Shown: positions 27,421 to 36,779 of the stretch, piece by piece
How positions within the stretch are numbered: the stretch's first letter is position 1
Layout of the letters: the number at the start of each line of letters is the position of its first letter
Origin: a virus
Lineage: Duplodnaviria; Caudoviricetes
DNA: 64,000 nucleotides
Reading direction: 5' to 3' (one strand)
IMG/VR virus record: IMGVR_UViG_3300031994_000094
Span: 1,826-65,825 of that record
Notes under the pieces: generated by a model
Databases searched by the model: none
What the model was told of the DNA's origin: nothing
The model's input: the letters and a program-made list of their open reading frames with translations, nothing else
Program-made: the position numbers and the translations under genes

Positions 27421-28636
27421 AACATGGGGATTTGACCATGCCATTAGAGGTATGCGTAATCCAATGAATAGTTGGAATAAGAGTGACAGTACAATAGATA
27501 TGATACAAGGGAATAAAGTAGGATATCATATAGGCAAAAATGATTTAGACCTTATGCGTAGACTATATAAAGCAGGACATCCTCATAGAAAATATCTCAG
27601 ACAGATAATAGCGAGCATGGATATCACAGCACCGCTTTACTGGATTTCTGAATTTGATACTTATAAAGTTGGCGTTACAAGAAATAGTTGTTCTTTTATG
27701 CACAAAGGTGTATCTAAATTATTTGAAATAACTGATTTTTCAATTCATGATGATAGAGTATATGATGTACTATCTCCATTACTCAAAAAAGAATATAAGT
27801 TGAAATATCCCTATGAGACAGAAGATTACAAGAAATATACTTGTGAAAATGGTAGGGAGTATAGGGTGTATAAAAATGGTAAAGTATTTGCTGAACCTTT
27901 TGAGTACACCGATACAATGGGGAGAAATCGTAAGTTTGAGTTAACAGAATGTAAACCATCTAAAACAAATTCCGGCTATTATGAATTACACATGGGTGGA
28001 AGAAATGGTGAAAAATGGTTACTCCATAAATTAGTTGCTACTGTATGGTTAGACAATAGAGATAATTTATACACTGTTAATCATATAGATGGGGATAAAG
28101 GGAATAATTCAGTTGAAAATCTTGAATGGTGTAGTTTAGCGGATAATATAAAAAAGGGATTTGAAACTGGTTTATATGATAATAATAATTCATTACACAC
28201 AAAATATATTAAATGGAAAAATGGTCATACTATTGTTAATCCATTTGTTAAACAGCAGATATTATTAGACCATCGAAATGGACTAACTTGTGGTAAGTTA
28301 TCTGAAAAATACGATATAACTATTAGTCAGGCTAATAATATAATTTGTGATAACAATAATGAGTTATTTATGCTTTGCTACACTTGGGAACAGATTATTG
28401 ATGAGTTGAATAGATTGCGTAGTATTTATTTGGATACAAAAGACGAGTCTATATTTCAACAAATAAGATGTTTATTACCATGTGGATATAATCTTAAATT
28501 CACAGTTACAATGAATTATGAGAATATAGTTAATATGATCCAGTACCGTAGTGACCATAAGTTAGATGAGTGGAGAATATTCTGTGAAACTATGGTAGCC
28601 GAATTGCCGTACTTAAAGGAGATTATAAATGACTGA
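27398..28636 (+). CDS. thyX: ThyX-like thymidylate synthase with an in-frame HNH endonuclease insertion
   Basis: RGMRNPMNSW, RKYLRQI..MDITAPLYW..EFDTY, NSCSFMHK, LLPCGYN, HKLDEW; insert carries HKLVA...VNHIDGDKGNNSVENLEWC. Confidence 0.75.
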   Translation: MIKIEKIETWGFDHAIRGMRNPMNSWNKSDSTIDMIQGNKVGYHIGKNDLDLMRRLYKAGHPHRKYLRQIIASMDITAPLYWISEFDTYKVGVTRNSCSFMHKGVSKLFEITDFSIHDDRVYDVLSPLLKKEYKLKYPYETEDYKKYTCENGREYRVYKNGKVFAEPFEYTDTMGRNRKFELTECKPSKTNSGYYELHMGGRNGEKWLLHKLVATVWLDNRDNLYTVNHIDGDKGNNSVENLEWCSLADNIKKGFETGLYDNNNSLHTKYIKWKNGHTIVNPFVKQQILLDHRNGLTCGKLSEKYDITISQANNIICDNNNELFMLCYTWEQIIDELNRLRSIYLDTKDESIFQQIRCLLPCGYNLKFTVTMNYENIVNMIQYRSDHKLDEWRIFCETMVAELPYLKEIIND

Positions 28637-28865
28637 TACACGTAAATATGGTAATTCGTGGAAACGAAAGCGGGATAAGTATATAGCCACGCATAAGAAC
28701 TGCGAATTATGTCTTATGAATATGAACATATCAAAAGCTACAGAAGTACATCATATTGTACCTATAAGCAGAGGCGGTACACATGAAGATTCAAACTTAA
28801 TGGCACTTTGTCATGAGTGTCATGCGTGGATACATTTAAGAGAACAGAAAGGAGAGAATAAATGA
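28629..28865 (+). CDS. Small HNH endonuclease (gp74-like)
   Basis: CELC...EVHHIVPISRGG..NLMALCHECH. Confidence 0.88.
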   Translation: MTDTRKYGNSWKRKRDKYIATHKNCELCLMNMNISKATEVHHIVPISRGGTHEDSNLMALCHECHAWIHLREQKGENK

Positions 28866-29227
28866 GTGACAATGTAAATGCACCCAGTCATTATTGTACT
28901 GGCAAGTTTGAGTGTATCGAGGTAATGGAAGAGGTGTTCGGTAAAGAAGCAGTAGAACATTTCTGTTTGTGTAATGCTTTTAAGTATCTGTACCGTACTA
29001 ACAAGAAGAACGGCATAGAAGATATTCAGAAAGCACAGTGGTATATCAATAAGTATCTTGTGTTAGAAGGTGTTTCAGCTACAAATATGAAGTATAAGCC
29101 TGAAGATCCAACTTTCAATGGTTGTAGTGATTGTAAATTCGTAGATTGTGATGAGCATGAGGAGCCATGTAGAAATTGTAAGTATAACAAAGTGAGTCAT
29201 TATGTATATGGGGGAAAAGAAGTATGA
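28862..29227 (+). CDS. DUF3310-like protein
   Basis: VNAPSHY...ECIE...NAFKYLYR...EDIQKAQWY. Confidence 0.8.
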   Translation: MSDNVNAPSHYCTGKFECIEVMEEVFGKEAVEHFCLCNAFKYLYRTNKKNGIEDIQKAQWYINKYLVLEGVSATNMKYKPEDPTFNGCSDCKFVDCDEHEEPCRNCKYNKVSHYVYGGKEV

Positions 29228-30267
29228 GTTTAACAGAGGTTATGAGAGACTTTAATAAGAAGTTTAAGGAAGATTTGGTGCATAAGGGTTTGCCAGAGTA
29301 TGACTATGAGAGAATACCATTTACCAGCCCTCGACTTAATTATATGACATTTGGTGGTTTACCGAAGGGAAAATTAATTGAGTTCTATGGTGAAGAACAT
29401 GGCGGTAAGACTACAACAGCACTTGATGTAGTGGCTAATTATCAGCACTCAGATGATGAGCGTAAGGTTTTATGGATTGACTGTGAGAATACTCTTGATA
29501 TTGTGTGGGCTGGTAAACTGGGAGTTGATGCTGAAGATATGATTATTATGAATCCTACTAATCAAGGTGCAGAATCAATCTTTCAGTTTATTCTGGATTC
29601 AATAGATACTGGTGAAGTAGGTCTTGTAGTAATTGACAGCTTTGGCGTTATGGTATCTAATCAAGCTATGGATAAATCCGTAGAGGATAAAACTTATGGT
29701 GGTATTGCTATGCCATTAACACAGTTTAGTGACAAGGCAGTTGGTTTATGTCAGCGACATAAGTGTACAGTTATTGGACTTAATCAGCTTCGTGACGATA
29801 TAGGTAGTATGTATGGCGGTACAAAGACCGTTGGCGGTAGAGGCTGGAGGCATGATTGTTCTGTAAGACTTGAATTTAGAATGGGCAAATACATAGATGA
29901 TAAGAACAAAGAGTTAACAAGAGGTGCAGAAAACCCAGCTGGAAATATTGTTATGGTGTCGATGAAGAAGAATAAGACTTGTCCACCAACACGTAGAATA
30001 GGATTTTATACACTTAAATACAATAGTGGCATTGATTACATCTCAGATTTAATAGAGGTAGCTATTAAGTATGGCATTATTGAGAAAGCCGGAGCATGGT
30101 TTACAATCGTTAATATCAATACTGGTGAGATTATCAAAGATAAACTGCAAGGGCAGAATAATGTTGTTAAAGCGTTAGATGATGCTGAGATTTTGAAAGC
30201 AGTGGAAGAGTTAATAGATTGTCCCATGGAAAAAGATGAAGAACTTGACACAGACACAAACGAATGA
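29224..30267 (+). CDS. recA: RecA-family recombinase
   Basis: GEEHGGKTT, VIDS, LNQLR, GGRGWRHDCSVRLE, KAGAWF. Confidence 0.93.
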   Translation: MSLTEVMRDFNKKFKEDLVHKGLPEYDYERIPFTSPRLNYMTFGGLPKGKLIEFYGEEHGGKTTTALDVVANYQHSDDERKVLWIDCENTLDIVWAGKLGVDAEDMIIMNPTNQGAESIFQFILDSIDTGEVGLVVIDSFGVMVSNQAMDKSVEDKTYGGIAMPLTQFSDKAVGLCQRHKCTVIGLNQLRDDIGSMYGGTKTVGGRGWRHDCSVRLEFRMGKYIDDKNKELTRGAENPAGNIVMVSMKKNKTCPPTRRIGFYTLKYNSGIDYISDLIEVAIKYGIIEKAGAWFTIVNINTGEIIKDKLQGQNNVVKALDDAEILKAVEELIDCPMEKDEELDTDTNE

Positions 30268-30273
30268 TAGTAT
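30245..30273 (+). promoter_or_regulatory. Candidate sigmaA promoter at the end of recA
   Basis: TTGACA-17-TAGTAT, about 40 nt before a terminator. Confidence 0.5.
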
Positions 30274-30313
30274 GTAATTGCTCATAGAGTTACCCCCACT
30301 CATATATTGAGAG

Positions 30314-30359
30314 ATGTGCAAGTAAGCAACAGCTACAACTTACTTGCACATTTTTTTTT
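30314..30359 (+). terminator. Rho-independent terminator
   Basis: 13-bp stem ATGTGCAAGTAAG/CTTACTTGCACAT plus T-run. Confidence 0.85.
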
Positions 30360-30368
30360 ATTTTATGC

Positions 30369-30407
30369 TTGACACAGTATAAACATGGTAGTATAATGTT
30401 TAATGTA
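30369..30407 (+). promoter_or_regulatory. sigmaA promoter with operator (copy 4)
   Basis: TTGACA-17-TATAAT-GTTTAATGTA. Confidence 0.85.
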
Positions 30408-30451
30408 AACAGAAACTTACTGAAACTTAAAACAGAAAGGAGAGATAAGAA

Positions 30452-30619
30452 ATGTTCATTTGCGCTGATTGTCTACACGCATTTGAAAGAGCAAGCAGAC
30501 ATATTGACCGAGAAACATACGAAGAAATATATTGTTGCCCGGTCTGTGGTAGTGACAATATTGAATTTGTCAGAAAGGATGATGCGAATGATAAGTCTGA
30601 TGAAAGACTGGAAAGGTAA
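30452..30619 (+). CDS. Small zinc-ribbon protein (not in the ORF track)
   Basis: AAGGAG RBS; MFICADC...CPVCGSDNI. Confidence 0.7.
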   Translation: MFICADCLHAFERASRHIDRETYEEIYCCPVCGSDNIEFVRKDDANDKSDERLER

Positions 30620-31181
30620 GGTTGTAGTAAACGATACAGAATACGATTCAATACAAGACGCTATGAGCGCATTTAAGACACTTTCGGGTGATATACATAT
30701 AATTCTCAAGTCAGCGAAGAAAAGACCCGAAAAACAGACGATAGAGCAGTCAGAAGATGCAACAGAATATGAAGTCACAGTGAAGCAGTATATGACTAAA
30801 AAAGCTACACCCGATTTTGACTTCATGGCAAAGTGGAATAATAATAATCCGATGCCAATGAGAATCATGAGAGGGACAGTTGAGAAAGAAACTCGTGGCA
30901 TGATTTATATGAATCTTCATGGGTTTGCTCAAGAGACAATTACTTGTGCTTGTTGTGGTAAAGAGTTAACCAACCCTGTCAGCAGATACTATGGTATAGG
31001 ACCTATCTGTTTAGATAAACTGGGTATCGCAAGAGACATAGACGATGTTAAGAATATCAAGGAAGATTTGGTTAACATAACTTGGTCGGGTTGGGTTATT
31101 CGCAGCAGTATCGTTGATAAGAAAGAGGTTATTCGTAGACAAAATCAATTAAAGTCTATTAGCGATAGAAAGGAGATTTAA
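30588..31181 (+). CDS. Hypothetical protein with DUF6011-like zinc motif
   Basis: CACCGKELTNPVSRYYGIGPIC; likely start 30588. Confidence 0.65.
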   Translation: MISLMKDWKGKVVVNDTEYDSIQDAMSAFKTLSGDIHIILKSAKKRPEKQTIEQSEDATEYEVTVKQYMTKKATPDFDFMAKWNNNNPMPMRIMRGTVEKETRGMIYMNLHGFAQETITCACCGKELTNPVSRYYGIGPICLDKLGIARDIDDVKNIKEDLVNITWSGWVIRSSIVDKKEVIRRQNQLKSISDRKEI

Positions 31182-31184
31182 TTT

Positions 31185-31754
31185 ATGGGAGCATCAGGTA
31201 AAGAGTTTGTAGTACCAAATGGTGAGAAGATTTGGGAAGGTATCAAGAAGAGTGGTATCACGCAGGATAAGTTATCGGTAATGGTTCTTGGTAAGAATGC
31301 CGCATTCATCAGTCAGAGTATATCTCGTGGCACATTTGATGCAGAGCAGTTACAGAAACTTTGCTCATTCTTAGGTATTGATTATGAAGAGTGCATACTT
31401 AAAGAAGTACCTAAGAAAGAAGAATCTGTGAAGAAGGATGAGAAGTTAGCAGATGCAACCCCACATCTTGAAACTCTGATTGTAGGCATGAATACCATGT
31501 ATGAGATGCAGAAAGAATATAATACTACATTAAAGGATTTACTGGTTGAAATTAAAGCACTCAATGCAAAGCAGAATCGTATTGAGAATGCTCTGGGACA
31601 GTTGGTACAGAATAGCATTATAACCAAAGAGAATACCAACAAGATATGTGATTCAGCAAATTCCATTCGTAGTCAGTTGAATCTTGCAAATGGCAGACTG
31701 AAAGATTTGGTAGATGAAGTAAAGAGAAATGAAAAGACCTACAAGGTGGTATAG
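31185..31754 (+). CDS. XRE-like HTH plus coiled-coil protein
   Basis: GITQDKLSVMVLGKNAAFISQ; heptad C-terminus. Confidence 0.6.
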   Translation: MGASGKEFVVPNGEKIWEGIKKSGITQDKLSVMVLGKNAAFISQSISRGTFDAEQLQKLCSFLGIDYEECILKEVPKKEESVKKDEKLADATPHLETLIVGMNTMYEMQKEYNTTLKDLLVEIKALNAKQNRIENALGQLVQNSIITKENTNKICDSANSIRSQLNLANGRLKDLVDEVKRNEKTYKVV

Positions 31755-32055
31755 CAGTAGACAGGAGAAAGCAGTTGCAAAAGCTATTGGTGGTAAACAA
31801 ACCGCCAATAGTGGTGCAACCGCATTTTCAAAGGGGGATGTAACTACAGATAATTGGCTCATCGAATGTAAGACAGCGACTTCTGAAAAGCAATCCTTTT
31901 CCATAAAAAGAGACTGGTTAAAAAAGAATAAGGAAGAAGCGTTTAGCATGGGTAAAGATTATAATGCACTTGTATTTGATTTTGGCGATAATGGTGAACG
32001 CTACTATATAGTTGATGAGAGAACATTCAAACTGCTAAAGGAGGGGCAGATATGA
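31729..32055 (+). CDS. PD-(D/E)XK nuclease / resolvase-like protein
   Basis: KGDV...LIECKT. Confidence 0.7.
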   Translation: MKRPTRWYSSRQEKAVAKAIGGKQTANSGATAFSKGDVTTDNWLIECKTATSEKQSFSIKRDWLKKNKEEAFSMGKDYNALVFDFGDNGERYYIVDERTFKLLKEGQI

Positions 32056-33373
32056 AAGATAAGTCGATGTGCTGGAAGTGTAAGTACCATACTTATATGG
32101 GTAATCTTCCTGCTAAGAAATTGGCTTCAGGTTATGAAGCATTGTCAGAAGGAGAACGTGCAAATATCGCTTGCTTTTATTCAGTTATAGCGAAGTCAAG
32201 TGCGTTGAAGCCAAATGGTGCAAAAAACACTGTTGATATCAGAGGTGATGGCTCTGAATGTGCTTTATTTGTAGAAGGAAAGAAAGATATAAAAGAGCAT
32301 AAGCGAGAGTTTACAAGAGATTTAGGTAGGTTTGCAAGATAAGGAGGTATCTTATGAAGAACAGAGCAGAGTTAGAGCAGTTTATTTTGAGTAAGTTGGC
32401 TGAGATTAGAAAAGAGTACATCGACTATATCAGTCAGTACCCGGAGATTTTAAGTCGATGGGATAATAAAACTCATCATCTTAGTATGTCAATATTTGAC
32501 CATAGTTCAGATGTTACTGGGTTGGTAGTATCCAATAAGCATGAGGATAATAAGCGATATAATACATACACCATAAGTGCAGATTCGCTTTATAAATTTA
32601 AACTTCCTAATGATATATTTGTGGATGAGATATCAGAGGATGAATTAAGAAAGGAGTTAAATTATGGAAAAGACAACACAGAGGAGTGAAGTATTGAAGT
32701 ATCTCAAGGAGCATGAAACAATGACCAGTAAGCAGGCATACGATTTGTTCGGTGCTGAGAGACTTGCCGCTATCATTCATTGGTATAGAAAGCATGGTCA
32801 TTTAATTGAATCTATTGATTGTTCTGGCAAGAATCGGTACGATGAGACTACTAATTTCACGAAGTATAAGTACATAGAGTTCAATGGCAAAGATAATACC
32901 ATTATGATGCAGAAGATGAGAGGAGAGAAGTAATGGTTAAACGAGAATTACAGACTGGTATGTTGGTTAAGTTGAGAAGGTACACAGACTTATACGTTAT
33001 AATGCGTAGTGTTGGGTTTGGTGAGTTTAGGCATCAGGACTTAATTGTAAATAAGAGTGGGTGGATGCCACTTGATGTATATAAAGATGATATGTCATAT
33101 CCTGGAGATAGTGATTTTGATATTGTAGAGGTGTGGAGACCAATACAGCAAGCATCTTTGCGTATATCATGCGGTGATAGCAATAGAGTGTTTAAAGATG
33201 ATTATAAGCAGATATATGTTCGTGAGGATAAAATAACAAATGAGCCAGATTGTACTGTAGTTGAGATGACCTTAAAAGAGATAGAGCAAGCATTAGGAAG
33301 GAAGATAAAGGTGGTGTCAGATGAAAGCGAGAAATCAGTCGTTAGCAGTGAAGTATCGTCCACAGACGTTTGA
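32052..33373 (+). other. Four hypothetical genes (32052-32342, 32354-32689, 32664-32933 winged-HTH-like, 32933-33373)
   Basis: Consecutive ORFs with RBSs. Confidence 0.65.
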
Positions 33374-34361
33374 TGATGTGACAGAGCAGGAGAGTACAAA
33401 GATTATTCTCACTCAGCAGTTGCAGAGTAACAGTATTCAGCACGCATATTTGTTCGTTGGGTCAGCAGGATGTGGTAAGACAACTTGTGCGAGAATCTTT
33501 GCGAATGAGATTAACAAAGGACAAGGTTCACCAATAGAACTTGATGCGGCAAGTCATGGCGGCGTAGACGATGTACGTGATATTGTTCAGCAGGCAAAGC
33601 TGAAGTCGCTTGATAGTGAATATAAGGTATTCATTATAGATGAGTGCCATGCAATCTCAGCACTGGGTTGGCAAGCATTTCTGAAGTTGCTTGAAGAACC
33701 ACCTGCAAAGAGTATCTTCATCTTTTGCACGACAGATCCCTCAAAAATACCGAATACAATCATATCACGAGTACAGAGGTATGAGTTCAAGCGTATCAGT
33801 CAGCAAGGAATTGTAAACAGATTGCGATATATCTGTGATAGAGAAGTCACAGGAGAAGATGGTCTTGTCAGACTTGAAGCACTTGAATGGATTGCTAAAA
33901 CCGCAGATGGTGGCATGAGGGATGCGATTACCCTTATGGATAAATGCCTTGCGTATTCAAATGAGTTGACTATCTCCAATGTAATTAAAGTTCTCGGTAC
34001 AGTAGATTATAAGGTTATGGAGAAACTTACAGAAGCAGTTATATCACATGACAGACAAGAGTGTATTGGAATTATAGAGAAGATTCATGCAGATGGTAAA
34101 GACTTAAAGCGGTTCATGCGTGACTATATGAATTTCCTGCTTGATGTGTGTAAGTATGACATTACACGGTCATTTGATTATATCAATATACCACAGACAG
34201 AAGCAGAGTGGCTGAATGAATTTGAGGATAGTTGGTATGAAACAGTAGATGCCATGTTAGCACCTATGGTAAAGCTGATTGATAGAATCAAGTATGACAG
34301 TAATCCTAAAAGCATGATTGAAATATCAATGTTGATTATGATGGAAGAGGTGATTAAATGA
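33321..34361 (+). CDS. dnaX: DNA polymerase III gamma/tau (clamp loader ATPase)
   Basis: KYRPQTFDDV, GSAGCGKTT, ELDAAS, IIDECH, LLEEPP, SRVQR, GGMRDA. Confidence 0.92.
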   Translation: MKARNQSLAVKYRPQTFDDVTEQESTKIILTQQLQSNSIQHAYLFVGSAGCGKTTCARIFANEINKGQGSPIELDAASHGGVDDVRDIVQQAKLKSLDSEYKVFIIDECHAISALGWQAFLKLLEEPPAKSIFIFCTTDPSKIPNTIISRVQRYEFKRISQQGIVNRLRYICDREVTGEDGLVRLEALEWIAKTADGGMRDAITLMDKCLAYSNELTISNVIKVLGTVDYKVMEKLTEAVISHDRQECIGIIEKIHADGKDLKRFMRDYMNFLLDVCKYDITRSFDYINIPQTEAEWLNEFEDSWYETVDAMLAPMVKLIDRIKYDSNPKSMIEISMLIMMEEVIK

Positions 34362-35212
34362 TTGGACAAAACCAGTTGACAAGTCAAATTGATGATTTGG
34401 TTAAAGCAGACAAGTTTCCGCATTTCTGTATTATTGAGGGTGCAGTAGGTGGTGGAAAAAAGACATTGGTTAAATACATTCATGATGTAATGGAAGATAG
34501 CGTTTTAATGTGGATGCAGAATACAGTAGATGATGTACGACTTGCAATCTCGCAAGCATATAAAGGCGGTGGGGATATGATATATGCTTTTGCTGATGCA
34601 GATAATATGTCAATGTCAGCACAGAACGCATTATTGAAGATAACAGAAGAGCCACCGTCAAATACATACTTTATCCTTACAGTTAGTAATATCAATAACG
34701 TACTGGAAACCATACGAAGTAGAGCAAATATATTTCATATGGAGCCATATACGCAATATGAGTTAAATGAGTATTTAGCACCATATGATGATGGGTTTGA
34801 TAAGAAGTTAGCACTTGAGGTATGCGAAACTCCCGGCGATATAGATTTGCTATATAAGAATGGTGTAGAAAAACTCTATAACTTTGTAGAAAAGGTTATG
34901 GATAACATAGCAGAGGTTAGTGTTGCAAATGCCTTGAAGATTGCAAACAGTATTGCGTTCACAGATACAGATGAAGGTAAGTTTGATTTAGCACTATTCT
35001 GGAAAGTAGTAATTATGTATTACTGTAATGAGTTTACCGCTGATGTGAAAAATATGTCGGTGGAAGAATTGCGAACAAAGGCGAGAATAGTTATGTCAAC
35101 TAAAGAATGTATTGATATGATAACCAAAACAAGGGGCATAAATAAGAGGAATGTATTTGATATATGGATTCTCGATGTAAGAGATATATTGGGGGAAGAA
35201 TATGGGCAATAG
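34358..35212 (+). CDS. holB: Clamp loader delta-prime-like subunit
   Basis: AQNALLKITEEPP, TIRSR. Confidence 0.8.
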   Translation: MIGQNQLTSQIDDLVKADKFPHFCIIEGAVGGGKKTLVKYIHDVMEDSVLMWMQNTVDDVRLAISQAYKGGGDMIYAFADADNMSMSAQNALLKITEEPPSNTYFILTVSNINNVLETIRSRANIFHMEPYTQYELNEYLAPYDDGFDKKLALEVCETPGDIDLLYKNGVEKLYNFVEKVMDNIAEVSVANALKIANSIAFTDTDEGKFDLALFWKVVIMYYCNEFTADVKNMSVEELRTKARIVMSTKECIDMITKTRGINKRNVFDIWILDVRDILGEEYGQ

Positions 35213-35621
35213 ATGTTGTGAGTTCAATAAATTATCGCATAAACTAATTGATGAGGTTGGGCATTGTGAGTTGTGTGGTAGTAGACGAAATTTAGAAGTA
35301 CATCATATTATACCACGATGTGTAGAAACCTTTGGGATTGATTTAGATAACGAAAATAATTTAATTGTTGTGTGTAGTTGTTGTCATGCTAAATTGACGC
35401 CGAAAAAATTACTTACATCCTATGGAATAGCAAAAGCAAAAGCAGAGGGAACTGATGCCAAACTCATACAATTTTATAATCTTGTAAGTGATTTGGATAT
35501 TTGTGATGCGGTTGATGTAATGGATTTAGTTGAATATGTATTCTCAAAAACTATATCAAAAGAGCGTAGAGATGAATTAAGTGCAAGATTAGGAATTGAG
35601 GTGTTAGATGGAAGTAATTGA
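35202..35621 (+). CDS. HNH endonuclease between clamp-loader genes
   Basis: CELCG...LEVHHIIP...NNLIVVCSCCH. Confidence 0.85.
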   Translation: MGNRCCEFNKLSHKLIDEVGHCELCGSRRNLEVHHIIPRCVETFGIDLDNENNLIVVCSCCHAKLTPKKLLTSYGIAKAKAEGTDAKLIQFYNLVSDLDICDAVDVMDLVEYVFSKTISKERRDELSARLGIEVLDGSN

Positions 35622-36522
35622 TTTGAAGAATCTCATTAAGTCAAATCAGATACCAAACTTTATGATATTTGCTGGAGAAGAGTATATGGTTCAGAAAATC
35701 TATATTCAGCAGATAGCCAAAGTGATGAATCTCAAAGTGCAGTATATAGATGCAGTAGCAGACATAGTTCAATCATTAGGAACAAAGTCCTTGTTCTCTG
35801 AAAACCATTTATATTTGGTGCGTGATGATAAAGATTTCATGCAGAGTGATAAGGTTGCTGAAGTCATAGCTAAACTAAAGTCAGATATGCTCATATTAAC
35901 GCTCACAACGCTCGATAAGCGACTTAAATTCATTAAGACGTATAATTCGTCAATAGTAGACTTCAAACCGCTTAAAAGCGAAAATTTGAAGGTTTACATA
36001 AAACGTGAGATAGACTTATCAGACCGAAACATTGATATACTGATGGAGATATGCGAGTATTCATATGGGCGGTGTCTGTTAGAGATAGATAAGATAAAGA
36101 GATATGGCGGTAAAGTAAATGAAACATTTCAATACTTAGTAGAGACAGGAGCAATTTATACACCACCGAGGGATGCGGTATTTGATTTTGTAAAAGCAGT
36201 ATTGCAGAATAAACCGAAGTTAGCATATGAATTGTTACAGGATTGTAAAGAGATAGGTGAAGCAACTCTGATAATTATATCCAATCTCTATAATTTGACT
36301 CGATGGATATATCAAGTACAGAATTGTAAGTCAGATAACATAGAGAAGTCAACAGGGTTAACATACTGGCAGATAAAGAACGCTAAAGAGTGTGGCAAGC
36401 ATTTCAGTAATGATGACTTAGAATATCTCATGCGTTTATGTCAGAACGTAGAAATCAGACTGAAACAGGGGAGAATAGCAGAAGATATAGCAGTAGACTA
36501 TATCCTTGCAAAGTTCTATTGA
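35608..36522 (+). CDS. holA: Clamp loader delta-like subunit
   Basis: FAGEEY, CLLEIDK, VFDFVKAV, HolA-like layout next to dnaX/holB. Confidence 0.75.
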   Translation: MEVIDLKNLIKSNQIPNFMIFAGEEYMVQKIYIQQIAKVMNLKVQYIDAVADIVQSLGTKSLFSENHLYLVRDDKDFMQSDKVAEVIAKLKSDMLILTLTTLDKRLKFIKTYNSSIVDFKPLKSENLKVYIKREIDLSDRNIDILMEICEYSYGRCLLEIDKIKRYGGKVNETFQYLVETGAIYTPPRDAVFDFVKAVLQNKPKLAYELLQDCKEIGEATLIIISNLYNLTRWIYQVQNCKSDNIEKSTGLTYWQIKNAKECGKHFSNDDLEYLMRLCQNVEIRLKQGRIAEDIAVDYILAKFY

Positions 36523-36547
36523 CAGATAGCAAATATTGTAGTATTAT
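36519..36547 (+). promoter_or_regulatory. sigmaA promoter of the RNA island
   Basis: TTGACA-17-TATTAT. Confidence 0.7.
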
Positions 36548-36572
36548 ATTATTATACCGTGATGTACATGGT

Positions 36573-36634
36573 TGCTATGTAGTTTAACTGGAAAAACACT
36601 ATGTTGGTTGTGGGTTCAAGTCCCACCATAGCAA
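36573..36634 (+). ncRNA. tRNA-like RNA lacking an anticodon arm
   Basis: 7-bp acceptor TGCTATG/CATAGCA, U8-A9, D-arm GTTT-AACTGGAA-AAAC, T-arm GTGGG-TTCAAGT-CCCAC; only 11 nt where anticodon arm plus variable loop need about 21. Confidence 0.7.
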
Positions 36635-36639
36635 AGAGG

Positions 36640-36779
36640 TCGGGTCATACCCGAATGATGTGGGCGAGAGCAGGACACCCCACAGAGAATGACAATGCAG
36701 AGGACGGTTGGTCACGAATTAAGATGTGTCTGTGACAATGTAATGGGAACACTACATATCCCCCTAATCTGAACTGCAC
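36640..36779 (+). ncRNA. Structured RNA unit A
   Basis: Hairpins TCGGG-TCATA-CCCGA, GTGGG..CCCAC, GTCAC..GTGAC, GGGA..TCCC; long-range TGCAG/CTGCA. Confidence 0.5.

Noticed and set aside
27755-28381. Intein in ThyX
   Set aside because: No Hint blocks or His-Asn-(Cys/Ser/Thr) junction recognisable; kept as a non-splicing fusion hypothesis instead
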